Assembly (NCBI GenBank): GCA_051362555.1
Contig: CM120642.1
Coordinates: forward strand, 32,488,001 to 32,552,000
Direction of reading: 5' to 3'
DNA length: 64,000 bases
DNA from: Lingula anatina
Lineage: Eukaryota; Animalia; Brachiopoda
The notes beneath the pieces are model-generated. The model searched no databases and was not told the origin of the DNA. It saw only the letters and a list, made by a program, of their open reading frames with translations. This document shows, piece after piece, positions 13,201 through 26,960 of this stretch (position 1 is the stretch's first letter; every line of letters begins with the position of its first letter). Made by a program: the position numbers and the translations under genes.

Positions 13201-16200
13201 TGTTACCATAACTGTCAGACGTCATAAGAGTGCCTTAAGATGGCCGCCATGTTTTGTAGGTGTGACCTTCAAGGCCAGTGCCAGGAAAGGCGACAGAGAT
13301 GTGGAGTTCATTCCAGTCAATTTACATCTACAGAGGATGTGGGTCACAAATGAAAAGAAAAAAACAAGTAGGTATAAGGAAATCCAATACTGATAATTTC
13401 CGTCTCACTGCTTTGAAACATAAACATGTTCTAATTGAATGCTTTTCACTGTGGATTTTGACATGGGGTTTATAAGGGTGAGCTTGGTGAATTATTAAGT
13501 AGGTTAGGTGTGTAGGCTCAATAAATTTGCCAAAGAAAGAGGGTAACTGTACCTTGTCTGCCTATTAAGCAAAAAGGGTGCTTTTAGTTAATAATCACCA
13601 TTATTTTCAGGGAATACTATTTTCCAAATATTAGAAATTGTCACTTCCTTATATTAAATTTTATTTTAGATAACATATTTTGACAGTTGGCATTTTCATA
13701 GAATATCCACACAAAAACCAAATTCAGGAGAGTCAAAGTACCACAAATGCTTGGCCATATTTTCATAACACATCATTTTTGATTCCAGGTGGCTGTTATG
13801 ATATTGTGACTGTAGGAAGTTTCACAGCATATGCCCAAAAATACAAACAAGGTGGAGTCAAAAGAATGATGCAACAACAACAAGAACTTTTACACAGCTC
13901 TGGACACAAGGACAGTAGACTCACAGATCTCAATAAATTATTAGATAAATTGATATCTTTACGGAAGGCAGTGCAATATGATGCCGAGAGTGTCAGTAGG
14001 GCAGCATTACAGGGGAGCGCAGAGGAACTAATCAAGGCATCTTCTCTAGTGACTGATAAGGTTGGTACACCTGGCTTATGTTTCATGATTTGTTCTGAAA
14101 ATGACAAAATGAAACCCCCTCTTCACCTCATTACTCTTTTAATATTTTCTTAGTCAATATATTTTAATGTGCATTATATGATAAGTGATATAAATGACAT
14201 TTAAAAGAGTTGCTTGGTGATTTGGGCCTTCTGCCTTATTTCTGGCCAAGTAACAATGTGGAGATATTAACCAAATTATTTTCTATTTCATTTTCAGACT
14301 CGACAGCTGCTCCAACTGCTGGAAATAAAGATGATGGAGGAAGGAATTACAAGTTACGACAAGGCAAAACAAGATTTGACTGATGCGTCCTCAGCTCAAA
14401 CAAACTCTACAGAATCAAACGATATTCATGGAAAATTGAAATCCGATTCTCAAGACAAGGTTCTCAATGAATTACAATCGAAACTAAGTCAGAAAAACTC
14501 CCCCAAAGTAGGTAGAGTTCGCTCAGAAAAGATTCCTGATAAAAAGCCCTCTGTTTCATCCGTAGCAGAAGGCAGAGACTCATTGTTGAGCACTAGTTCC
14601 TCAGAATATACCCCAACTACCCCAGTGCCACCTGGTGGTGAGTGGAAATGGAGTCCATTACACACTGCTGCCACTGACTCCACAGAGCCTTGGGTAAGTA
14701 GTACGTAAAACAAGTGAATGTTTTTAGTCATCCAGTAGGATTAGAATGAGAAATATGTACAAATCAAATTATGGAACTTAATTTAGCAATGCTACAGTCT
14801 CAGGCGGGGTCTTTTCACTAGGTATTATGACCTGAATGAACTGGACACCTGATTTATTGACATGCCGGTAGGATTAGTCTGTAGCACCCTGTCTCATCAT
14901 AAGATGTTAAGTTCCAGAATGTTAAGTGCTCATTCTAGTAAGTGAAACATACCTGAACAAGAAGTAGATTGATAACTTTGTCTGGTTTGCCTCATTGAAA
15001 GAACAGTTAATCAAAAGTCTCTTCACTAGTTGGATAAACAGTAGAGTTGTGATCATTGCTGCATCTATGAAAACTTGCATGTTTTTGGGAACAGTTCATG
15101 ATTTTGAGTCAGAATTCAGATTTTATCCTCTTTACTTACATTAACTTTATTTAGTCAAATTATTTTTTTACAATCACAAGCATTACACATTCAATGCAGA
15201 AGAAAATTTGAAGCTACAGTTTCGAAGTATTAACCTACTAAGCTTTTCAAAACCAGCTATTTAACTTTCCGTAGGACATGAACCAAGTTAACCTTGAGGC
15301 GGCCTTGATGTGCCTCACCTCCAAGGTAGATGAGATCCTTCGTCAGGGGGAGACACGGGCGGGAGGCAGCAGTACCTGGTTAGAGGAGGTCAACCCTCTC
15401 TTGGTGCGCCTACGAGGCTGTGTTGAACTGGTGTGTCGGAGGGCCACTCATGGTCTCACCTTCCTCGCTCTGCAGGTAAATCTGGGTCAAATCCAGATAT
15501 TTTTTCTGACATCCTCCATTTTTGATTGTCTTCCTACAGAAAAAATTAAATGCCTGTCCATGTAAACTTTTAAAATTCTGACCGTAAAAAACCCCCAAAA
15601 GACGACTTCTATCCACCCCTGTAAATGACTGATGTTGTCATCCCAACTCAAATGTGCAGAAAGGCAGAAATGTGTCGCCATGGAATGTAACTTAATTCAA
15701 ACAAAATTGACGACTTACATTTCCCAGAAAAATGATTTTCTCAAATGTTTTGTAAAAGTTATGTAGTTACAGTAATGTTTTATAAGTATTTGCCAGATGA
15801 ATATTGTATTTGGGGATAGAATGATAATATCAAAATAGCTTTATGTGTGGAATATTATATTTGGGGATAGAATGATGATATCAAAATAGCTTTATTTGTG
15901 GATATATTGGTATAATTTTGATGAGTACTATATAAGTTTGTTGAACTATGCAAGAAAGGTAATGGCATTCTCAGTGTGTATGTTTTTCTTGTAGGAACAG
16001 AGTTATAACATCCCATTGTGGCACACAGTGAAATACAGGAGAGATGTCACCTTCTCACAGGCAGTAAGTTGATACATACACCATCACTAACTAAAACTTT
16101 GCGAATAAACATGTGCCTTGTGGTTTTACTCAGGCCAGTGTTGGTTCTTATTTCCAGATTGTATTATGAAGCAATGGAGAGTTCTTTTATTTGTTTACTA

Positions 16201-19054
16201 AGTTAAGAAGTGAACTGTCGTTTAATTGTCCTATTCACAACTGACATTGAGGTTTTCAGATTCATGATCTCATTGTCACAAGTTCAATGCTTCTGTCACA
16301 CCACCGACTTGCCACCAGACGTGATCATGCCATTGTATGCTTTATTTCCAGCTGACATCTGTGACTACAGGATTCCTGACTAAACTACGCAGCAGTATTA
16401 CCAATGAGACCTTCCTCCAGCAGCTGTATAAGATCGGACTTCTGATCAACTTTGAGAGCCTCCTCTCCTGTCATGGCGACGAGATGGGGATGTTGGAGGA
16501 CCACATAGTCGCCATTAATGACATGAAAAACGTGACTTTTAAAATCATTCAAGCAAGCAATGCAGATGAGATTTTACCAACTTTATCTGGCAAAAGGTGA
16601 CTTAGAGATAATATGCATCTAAAAAAAGGAAAGCAAGTTTTTTAAACACGTGTTGTAAACTTTTGAATTTCATTTATTATAAATATATATGCAATTATAG
16701 TATGTCATTTGGTAATATTTGTTTTAGTCAACTATTATTCATAAAAATGAACTCATGATGTTGTAAGAGTTTTGAAAAAATTCTTATTGATCAAAATGGT
16801 TACATGTTATTCATTAATTTTATACAAATTATCAAATTGTGTTTTTCACATTTCCTGTTTCCACTGTAATATTTTATTCCTTCTTAACTATTTTGTAAAT
16901 TGACCTATTTTTCTGCTTATTAATATAATGTTAGCTACAAGTATATGTTCTGTTTTCTTTAGAGGGAGATACAGAGGGGTCATAAATCAACCAGTTTTTA
17001 CATTTGATTTCAGAGGCAGCTATATAGTACAAGTGCCTTGCCCTGATACCATGTTCCACCTCCTTCCCAGGGAGATACAGAGGGGATATGCCATCCGCGT
17101 AGTTCCGGTTATTTTCACTATGGGGATCAATGAGCATGCTACTCTGGCAGACAAGTCAGTGTGCTGAAAAAAACTTTTTACAGTGTTCTAACAGACAAAA
17201 CCACACTTTTGTGTCTTAGATATGTCTTAATATGAACTCTTATGATTCTTGCTTCCTAGTGATTTTGAATTATGAACAAAATATATCGTTGAAAAAGTTG
17301 ATAAGTTTTGGTTTTTCTAATTATGGATCGCAGCAGAGAAATGTGTCAGTGATTTCATTGTATTTTCATTACCAAAGAGCATAGGTCTGTTAAACAAGGT
17401 TCTTGGCCAGTCATTTCTTGGCCTTTACATAGTCCTGATAAAGTGACTCTGATTCAAGTTTATTTATTAATTTATTTTATTTATTTATTTGTTTATTTTC
17501 AGATTTGGGGACACCAAGCTACAGGAACAAATAAATCAAGAAAACTTTGAGGCTCTCAGCTCATATGTTTCACAATATTTTGACCATTTCAAAGAGTCAA
17601 GTATGTCATCAGAAAAATGAACTATTTTTGTTCGTGGATTGATTTAAAATGTTTTCATTTTCAAATTGCATCCTTACTTGTTTTATAATCTTGCAGTACT
17701 ACATTGCATATATTTTTATAATCTTGCAGTACTACATTGCATATGTTTTTTATAATCTTGCAGCACTACGTTGCATATATTTGTTCAATGCACAGCTAAA
17801 TTAGGAAACTTTTTTGGGGAACTTATTTCAAAACGTCTGCTCTTCACTCTTTGCAGACCCAGGCCCAAACTCAGTTGAAGAACAAATGAAACTGTTGAAG
17901 TACAACATAAACTCAAAGAAGAGCAAGAATGTGGAAATATTACACATATCTGCGGAGGTAAAGCTGTAAATTTTAATGTTGTTCAGTTCTCTCATTGTTA
18001 TACCATGTTGTCTGATAAAGAAAGGATTATCTTTGAAGCTTGTTTTATGTCATAAGAAGTCGTGGTGTTGCCCTGATTCACTGGCTGTGCCATTTTGTGG
18101 GGATTGAAGTTTTCTTCATCTTGTGTTATTCTGTACCACATTTTCCTTTTCATATGGAAAAAGTGAAAACAGCTGCTGGGATAACTTTAAATTGTCAGCA
18201 ACAAGGTAATTGCAGTGAAAAATTTAAGAGTAGCAGAATAACAGTATTTCTCTTTTTTTTCCCTCCTTTTCCCTGTGCCTCTCCATGTTTTGTCACTTGC
18301 TTTTTCAGTCTTGCAATTTTGACAAAATTAATATATTTCAGATTTGTCGCAACATGAATGGTATCCGTTTTACAAGCTGTAAGAGTGCCAAGGACAGAAC
18401 CGCCATGTCTGTAACGCTGGAACAGGTTCAGATTCTCCAGCGGGAGCACAATCTGGCGCCACACGTGTTCTCGCATGCCTTAGAGTGCTTCAGGAGGTAA
18501 AAACAGGCCTTGATTAGATAGGGACAATCTGCGACTACATAAGAACAATTATTTTTTCCCCACCAAGATAAAAGAATTACCATAGTTATTTTCACCATAT
18601 CTGCATCATTTGAAATCACATTTGTAAACAGCTTCCAGCTTAGAATACATATCATATTTCATCACCAAATTTTATATCTGAGGAACTTAAAAAGAATTCT
18701 TATTTCTGCATTGGGGCTCAATATAGTGTCACAGTGTTAGTTTTAAAAGTTGTATTAGTTTATGATGAGGGCCAAGGGGAAGATAAAGTTTTAATTTATC
18801 ATTTTTTTACCTCAGTGAATAAATTTTAATAAATAGATAAATTAATTAATATCTTTCTAGTTACATTTGACGTGTTTGCCCATCACTTTTCTCATCACTT
18901 AACTCATCCTGTTTGTTTCAGTGAGGGGGTGAGGAGGCACAATACATTTAAGAACACTGGAATCAGCAAATATGCCTTCAACAGTATCCAGCTCATGGCG
19001 CTGCCTAAACTGTACAGGCCGCCCAATGGGACCTTTGGTAATGTCGCCTCATGA
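1..19054 (+). CDS. INPP4A: Inositol polyphosphate 4-phosphatase (INPP4A/B-like), multi-exon, 5' end outside window
   Basis: GT-AG exons chain in consistent phase: <1-32, 453-517, 687-774, 1285-1488 (PH-like: [17 protein letters not shown]...[17 protein letters not shown]), 3810-3854, 4083-4201, 4779-4895, 5229-5308 (C2-like), 7543-7645, 8718-8917, 9304-9361, 10945-11047 or 12768-12873, 13260-13367 ([16 protein letters not shown]), 13789-14060, 14298-14693, 15275-15475, 15995-16063, 16352-16596 ([17 protein letters not shown]), 17014-17154, 17503-17600, 17857-17957, 18342-18496 (catalytic [10 protein letters not shown]5R), 18922-19054 (LPKLYRPP..stop). A vs B orthology cannot be resolved. Confidence 0.93.
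974..1141. mobile_element. Short non-autonomous DNA element (MITE) in an INPP4 intron
   Basis: Terminal inverted repeat cagtgttagaa...ttctaacagtg. No clean TSD seen. Confidence 0.45.
3465..3594 (+). CDS. Putative alternative first coding exon of INPP4 (MGETQSK..., bypassing the PH exons)
   Basis: ATG in aaaATGG context. 130 nt ending in G|gt, a phase-1 donor compatible with the phase-1 acceptor at 3810. Donor (gtacta) is weak. Confidence 0.5.
3935..4058. mobile_element. Half copy of foldback MITE family 1
   Basis: Matches the right arm of 10351-10605 (gacatctaagc...ggagatggaccgatcctgttagatcgatcta). Confidence 0.7.
4212..4275. repeat. (ATTT)n microsatellite
   Basis: Seen directly. Confidence 0.95.
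10351..10605. mobile_element. Foldback MITE family 1 (about 255 bp, near-complete palindrome)
   Basis: attcccatacctagatcaatctagcaggatcg ... cgatcctgctagattgatctaggtatgggaat. Related copies at 3935, 21086, 23964 and 54423. Confidence 0.85.
11402..11572. mobile_element. MITE family 2
   Basis: Inverted arms ctaccagtgccacagattgacttttcactaaatattcacag / ctgtgaatatgtagtgaaaaatagatctttggagctggtag. Related sequence at about 54720-54800 and 55330-55455. Confidence 0.65.
12768..12873 (+). CDS. Alternative (mutually exclusive) INPP4 exon homologous to 10945-11047
   Basis: aag|...|gt, 106 nt, phase 0 to 1. [36 protein letters not shown] aligns with [35 protein letters not shown]. Confidence 0.7.
17682..17780. 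repeat. About 33-bp tandem repeat x3
   Basis: ttttataatcttgcagtactacattgcatat repeated three times. Confidence 0.9.
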
Positions 19055-21085
19055 TACCCACCTGATCTAGCAGTCGCTGAGATGGTGACCTATTTTATCA
19101 ATGCTTCAATGGTATTTCTCCGCTACTCATTCCAAAAGCATGCCTTAGTGGAGATTGATGTTTCTGTTAAATGCAGGGGAAAGGTGGAATGCTGCTTTGG
19201 TGTCATCATTTCTTGCTTCTGTTTGCACAGTTGTAGCAAGAAGACCTGGGGTCTAGCACTTGGTGCTTTTAAACTATATACATTTCAGTGATGACAGTGG
19301 AATGTAAAGATTCTTATACTTTTCACAACTTCCTGCCACAGCTTAGGATTATGGGATACCTTCTGCTGCACCACTTGCTTCATCACCTGCAGGGACAAGC
19401 AGTGTAAATTGGAATTTATGTTTTTACCATTTTCGTGAAGATTTTGAGGAACGGCTAGGTATCATGTAATATGTGTCCAGTCACTGGACGCCAGAATACA
19501 GGATATGTAAAGCAGATACCATGTTTCTGCAAGTATTGCCAAGTCATTCTTTTATTGTGCAGTCTGACATGTACTTCTAATCTGGGTTATCAATTGCTTT
19601 TCTTGCTTACTGAGATCAGAGTGCCTGTTTTTTGTTTTGTTTTTTTCGTTAGTATAGATTTGTCTTTTAATTGCATATGACTCTGTGTTAATTTAACTTA
19701 GAGTTTTATTTTCTGTATTCTATTACTTTTACTAAAAAATCACTTCTCTTAAGTTGATTATATAGTTAGCATAATTGCTAAATTTCTTTATCTGCATAAA
19801 TGATAGGAAGTGTGTGATTTATAAGCTCCATCATTATTTTAAGGTGGTGTATTTTGATATAACTTACTACTAATTTACACTTTGATAAGGCGTGCTTTTT
19901 CATAATGAAATTTCAAGGTAATTATTCTTCCCAGTGACATTAAAATAAGTAACGCATTTTAGCTCAATATTATATTGTTGTTTGAAGAAACATTACTATG
20001 AATATTTTTCATGAACTGGGTACGTGTGCATAAGAATGAATAAAATGTGATATTTTAAAGAATTTTTTTTTGCTCAGATTAGTAAGAGAGAACGTTTAAG
20101 ATTATTTTATAATATGGCTCAGGTATTGATAACTACTGAAAGAATTTACATCATTTCCCATTACAACCATTACAAGGGCATCATCATCTGGGAAATTTTT
20201 TTAGGAACTAACCTCTGGTTATTTTAGTTCATTTCAAACCCTTTTCACACGTAGACTTTTTTATCCCCTATTTATTATGCTTGCAATGTAATAAATGTGA
20301 ATATTTTGATTATTATTATTATTATGTTGCTTTTATTTCCTTCACAGATGTGGGGCATTAATATTGTTCTTTTCCATATCATCCAATGCCTTTGTCTACC
20401 AATTAGCATTAATCAGGTTGATCAAATTACTTTCTAAAGCTGAAAGATTAAATGGGCAACATTTTTGTTGTCAAATTGATCGTTTTGTAACTGATTTGTA
20501 CAATATGACTTGGAAATGTCACCAAATATAAAACATTAAAAATAGATAACTTAACAAAATTAGTGAACAAGAAAGGAGCTAACAACTGATGTATTATACG
20601 AATTTTTGATCAGGTGAGGCTTGCAGAGTGAATGTAAGGCTGAAATGGAAATTTTATTTAAAAAAAAAACGAACATTTTGGAATAATTTCTTTTCAAAAA
20701 GACTTGCTGTAGCCTTACTTCATATACCATTCATCATTCTTTTGGAAAAAAAAAACTGAGTAAGTCGAGAATATTTTATTTACAAAAGTGCAACTGTATA
20801 AGACAAGGTTTGCTGTGGGCAGTATTGGTCAAAAATTGTTCAATGTGGAAAATAATGTAAGGTTATCTATTTAGATATGTTGAATTTGTAGAAAAAGGGA
20901 TATTATATTGACTTACAGATCATGGTGCTTGGCTAATATTTATACACTAATTTTGTAAACTTATTCTCAACATGTTACGGCTCACCTGAATGCTCGCTTT
21001 CTAGAGCACACTGTTCCATACTTCCAGGTAAATATTGATACTCTGTGCTAGTCATCACAAACCTCCTGTTAATACATGTAAAATA

Positions 21086-21332
21086 AGACTGGGCTCCCAT
21101 CCCTATAGATCTAACAGGATCGGTCCATCTCCACTGGTTTTCTCGCTAAATTGCTTTCACCTTAAGTGGCTAAGATGTCTGGCAAGCCTGCTAAAGCTGC
21201 TGAACAAAGGTAACTAATCTCTATCAGCATCATTAGGTATGATAGACGTCTAAGCCGCTTAAGTTAATTGCAGAATCCCCTTGGAGATAGTTCGATCCAA
21301 AGTTAGTTCTACATCTCTGAGAATGGTCTCTA
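21086..21332. mobile_element. Foldback MITE family 1 copy
   Basis: agatctaacaggatcggtccatctcc...cttggagatagttcgatcc. Similar to 10351 and 54423. Confidence 0.75.
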
Positions 21333-24250
21333 AGTGACTGACATGTCTGATGAACTAATCTACATGTGTATTGACCTAAAAATATTGTTGGCAAGGTTTG
21401 ACAAAGGAAAGGCATTGTATCCCATACCAGTGCGACAGGAATGGTAGTCCTAGATTAGAATATCCAGGCCCCATGTGGAAAGTACAGGTTAGGGTTAACT
21501 GGGGGTATTGTGGGTTAGTATGTCAAGTGTCACCTGTGCAAAGTAACGGGGAACTCGCTACACCTGGAAGTGGAGAACCATTCTTATCACCATATGGAGG
21601 TAGTGCCTTTGTTAAAAAGTTTGTCACTGAATTGTTGTCATACACTATATGACACCTTGTCTGTACAAAATGAATATAATAGTATGAAAATAAAAAATGT
21701 TCAAGAATTTAAGTTATATGGTTACAGTTTAACTTCGTTTACAATTCTCAAGTCTTTTCATATGGGTTAAACTCTATTTAAAGAAAACACATGGTTTCTT
21801 TTGTTTGCAGCCTTCCCTCCCTTGAGGTGATAACCGTCTAGCAGAGGATGGGAGAATACCCTTGGGAAGGGAAACTGGTTTTATTTTTATACCCATGAAG
21901 AACTACAATTAAGTAGATGTATCCACATGACGAAGAGAAAAACATTTTCAAATCAATTGTCCCATGCAAAATAATCACAAGCTGAGATTAGCACACATAT
22001 ATATATATGCTCAATATATGAAGGGAGTTTACATTCTTGTTAAGGAGTTTATGTTTTGGGAAATTTTAAGGAAAAAAACAAAAATACCAATAAAAAAGAA
22101 TGATCTGCTTTTTTTTCTGAACAGATTATTAGTGGATATGAGAATTAAGGTAAAATATGACCTAAAGTTATGTAAACATTTGTGAAAAAATCAGTCAAAG
22201 GCCAAAAGCTTTTGCATCTTACTATTACTACTACTAATCTACTAATACATTTAATAAAAGCATTGACACAATGTTGTAAATACCCAGTAGGATAATACCA
22301 ATATTTAGAAAAAAAAATCCACCATTCAGAAAAAACTGAATTTCTGTAGTTTGCAATCTGTGCATGCAAGTCCTCTGTCACCAGAAACGGAGAAGGATAT
22401 ATTTTACATCAGATACTGGGATACATGTTGATGATATATATACATAAATATCTACATGGAAGATTCTGTTTATCTGTTGAATATGATTACATTTTTAAGA
22501 CTTGCATTACAACATTTATATGTCTGTATACAAATGCTTAAGATTTCATTGAAAAATGTGTATGGTTTTAAATATTCCTTTTAATAAATACATTTTACAC
22601 AGGAGTTTTAAAAATATTCTTGTCTGTCTTCTTTCCTGGCTGTATTATTTAGGTATTACTGTACGTTTCCTTAAATGAATACATTTTACAATATACAGTT
22701 TTAAAATATACATTCTAACTTGGCTTTTGACTTCTCCCTGGGCGATGTATTATTATTTTAATTAAAGCATCTCGTTGGGATGCAGAAAATCCTGTTTGTC
22801 CGTTAAGGTAAGGTTCACAGCATTGACTCATATGAGTATGGAGGAAAACACTCTTTGGATAGAGAAATGCGTTAGAGAAGAATTATCTCAACTATCGCAT
22901 CACTTCGATTTTTTTTCTCCATGCTAAATTATTTTTTGGATGTGCTAGAGAAGACTAGCAGAAGTCACACTGTAGTATAACACACACGAGATCTGATGTG
23001 GTTGTGGATAGTGGACAGGACCAAGCGAATATTCAAACACCGGCTTTTTGGCCTTGTAGCGTAGTGTACGATGACAGGGACGATGTACCAGCAAGTGCTA
23101 CAATGTGATGTTTATTAAAGGCTGAGAAACAGCAGGACAGATCAGAAAATGGCTGAAAGCCTGAAACGGCAACACAGGCCACAGGCACCACCGGCCAGTT
23201 GTTTATACATGGCGCAGCGAGTAGTTTTTGAGGACATACTAGTAGTGCTTTTCGGTGCAAAATGAAAGATCACCTTCGTCACGGTTTACATTTTTTTTTA
23301 AATATGTGTAAACATAATTGTTTTTCTTTTTTACCTACAAAATTTTAGGTTAAATGTTTTTTTTTCCTTTATTATATCGGCTTATAGAAAAATACATGAA
23401 AATGATTTTGAAAAAAAGAAATGTAATTTTGAATTTTTTGCATGTATGTTCAGATCCTTTTTAAATATAAGTGAAAAATAACAGGAATATAAAAAGCAAA
23501 CGGAGTTTCTTTATGTTTTGTTGATATTAAATAGGATTTTAAAAAAGGTAAATATTTACTGGTTGTTGGTGCCAATATTTCCCTTTCATGCTCTGAGTAT
23601 TTATAAGGGTGATGGAAACCAAATGTGAAGAGTGACAAGCCTCCCCCCTCTAACGGAAAGAGACCAGTAGAAGATTGAGATATAGATATCCCATGCAGTA
23701 TATGTATAGAGACTGTATGCACAGTGACCATGACGACCATGATGATCATTACCATGGAGACCATGACAATCATTACCACAGAGACCACGCTGAGAATTAA
23801 TAAATATGGTGAATTACAGGATGATGTCCTGGATGAGGTGTGTACCTTCTGAATAGATAGCCAATTAAAAAAGTAAATTATAAGTAGAATAAATCAATAA
23901 ATTAAAAAAATAAGAAATTGGAGTAAGTCTATAGTAAACAAATAAATCTTATGTTTAATGATAATTAATTACTCCCTAACAGCTTCAGTAGGCATGACAG
24001 ACATTTAAGCCGCTTAAGTTGATTGCAATTTCTGATGAGTGGAGGTATAATTGTGATGAGTGGCATTTACATGTTTGTCTGTTTTGCCATTTTTTTCCTT
24101 CTGCCTGCCTCCTTTGCACTTACGAGTGTATATCTGTGTTTTCAATGCCATTAAATTTGCTGTCTTTCTACTGTCTGCCTGTCACTATCATCTTGTAAGC
24201 TGTTGAGATGCTGAGCAAAAATGTTCATTAGCTTGGTAGTTGCATGGATA

Positions 24251-24453
24251 CTAAATGAAAATTATCAAACACACATCAAATACTTTTATACCATTAGCTT
24301 ACGGCCAACTTGGAGGGTCCTAGTCGCTATTTAATTACCACCTAGTGAGTATTAACATCTACTCACATCAGTCTGATGAAGGCCTACGTCCAGGCTGGCC
24401 ATAAGCTGATGGTATAAAAGTATTTAGGCTTGTGTTTGATTATTTTCGTTTTG
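24251..24453. mobile_element. Palindromic repeat family 3 with central ctgatgaaggcc core
   Basis: Long inverted arms (aaatacttttataccattagctta / taagctgatggtataaaagtattt). Related copies at about 37220-37375 and 61010-61115. Confidence 0.7.
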
Positions 24454-26791
24454 CTTTGATGCTGTTTTCAAGATGCTGATGGTGAGAGTGATAACAAGAT
24501 TTGGTTCTCCATGCATCTTTCCCATTAAAAATGAAGAACTCATCTATGGCAACTGGGAAAAAGACGTCATAGGGGATGCTGAAGTAAATAAAATGTGTAT
24601 GTTTTTTTTTCTTTCAACAAATATACAAAATATACATGTATGTACATTGTATGTGACATGATTATGCCTCAAAAAGCATGTTTTATATGAAAATAAAATG
24701 GATTAATTGGTTACTTTGTTGATTCATGACAAAGTTTAGATATATATTTTTTCTTTTATTCTAAGAATCTTCTTAACACACTCTTAATGCTTTGATAAAA
24801 TGTTGCTGCAGTCCTTCGCAAGGCTACAGCAATACAGGTCAAGGTCCTTGATTCCTAGTTTTTGCACAAAATTTAATTAAAGATATTTTGCTGTAATTCT
24901 TTCTTTCACTGTATGGCTATTTACCCCTGTCTACTTTTGCTGTTATTCAAACAGTTGTGACATACTTATGTCTGTCCATTTGACAGCATGTACTGTCTTG
25001 TTCTTATTTTCTTACTGACTTTTCTTATTTCCTTTCTGACTTTTCCAGGCCATGGACCATATTCCTCAATCTTCAGTGATAACACTTGACCCCAATGATG
25101 ATAATATCATCCTTGAAATCCCAGAGGACAGAGACCCTGGGGAGGAGAAGAAGTCCACCACATCCAGCAAAAAGCAGAAGGTAGTTTTATATTGCTATTG
25201 TCATAAAGATATTCATCTCCTTAATTAATATGTAGCAGTTAGCTAGTTGGTGTTTTTATACTGTGTTATAACAAGAAAGTCTTGGATTATGTTTCAGAAC
25301 ATAGCTGTATTCTAGAGGACTACTACTGTTGCTTTATCCATAACTGAGGTAGACCATGTTTTTGGTCAGAAAATTTAGACACAAGGGCTTTTTTTAACAT
25401 TTAAGTTTGCAAAATTGTATTTCTGTGTAGGTGAATGTTTTTATGTAATGCAAAAGTAACCTGATGTGTTTATGATTCCTTTATAGAAAATAATCATAAT
25501 TTTCAGGAAGTCCAAGATTCTACTTGGAAAGGCAGGACTTATCAAAGAAACTGAGGAGGAAGATGAAGATGTTTGTATTAAACAAGGAATATATTTTATA
25601 AAAAGAATAGAATGAATTTAGACATATTCAGGTTTTAATTAATCAATTAATTTGTGTATTTATTTATTGTATACTTTATTGTTTTAACATTTATAATATT
25701 GACCAAAATCTTGAATCAGTTAAGTTTACATTAAGATAAAGTTCCTGTCTGGCCAATATTATTATAAGTTTAATAAATTTTGTAGATGTAATGTTCACTT
25801 TAAACTGAGTCCAGTTGAATTATTGTTTACCCCAGGAAAATCAATTTTTGGCCAAAATGAACAGTTGTTATCCCTTCAATTCTAAGCAAAATCTTAATCT
25901 TTTGAATCAAGAAATAAAGTTGTCATACTTTTTAAAGCAACATTTATTGCACATAAAATTTACTGCCATTATAACTGACACTAAGTCATTTGCATTTGAG
26001 AAATTTTAACAGTAAAATTCTTGCAGGTAGTTGCTATACTAGTAATAAAGAAATGCCTAGGTTAAGAATAATACATGCATGTACATGGCATGGTAGTGCT
26101 TTCTGTCCTTCAGTCTCAGAATGACAGAAAGCCTTTGGGACTGGTAATAATCAGGATGAGGTTAATTCTCTTCTGATAGTAACCCAATTTGTTTCACTTT
26201 TAAGTTTCATATAAATGAAATATTAAAATGCTGGTAGTTATTCTTCCGGTCTGACAATGTTAAATATATAACTTGTCGATGATATATAAGTCTGAATGAC
26301 TAATTCTAGATTTCTAAAAAAAAAATGATAATATATGTCTAGTACTATCTAATGTCTATAAATTGATATTTTTTTTTTGTTATATATTACAAGGGTAAAG
26401 TTCACTTACAAGTAATGGATATGAATAAATACACAGGCATCTAAATAGTAAACAGCAGTATGAAGACAATGCAGCATTAATATAAGTAGATATAATAATT
26501 ATTAAATTGCCTTTAGTTTCTTCGGTTTCAAAAAGGCTAAATATATAATTAAGGAAACACTGAAAATATTTCCTATTGATTTGAATATACCAGTAATATG
26601 GTCATTTGATCACCCAACCAATATTTATTATTCAACCAAATAAATGTGTAAATGTACGCATGTCCAGATACAAACTCACATTAAACACTCTCCAACATAT
26701 GGCACTAACAATACCACCAAATATACAAATAAAAACAAAAATACATTTCAACTCTTCAGTTGTGAAAAAAATTTCATATAGGTAATATAAA

Positions 26792-26960
26792 TCAGGTCCG
26801 TAGCCAGTAGATTGATAGGGGAGGGGTCTTTTTCTGAAAAAGTGGCCCTTTTACCATGAAACCATTGTGTGCCTAGGTAAAATATTACCCAGAGGGGACC
26901 TTTTCCCGGCAAAAATAGCTGTTTGTTCTAACCACCTGAAATCCCCTGGCTATGGACCTG
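26792..26960. mobile_element. MITE family 4
   Basis: TIR caggtccgtagccag...ctggctatggacctg. Related copy at about 56819-56975 shares tttctgaaaaagtgg. Confidence 0.7.

Noticed and set aside
22980-23290. GC-richer patch resembling coding sequence
   Set aside because: I found no splice-consistent frame or recognisable motif.
23450-23788. - strand ORF MVSVVMIVMVSMVM...
   Set aside because: Antisense of the low-complexity gaccat repeat; no coding support.
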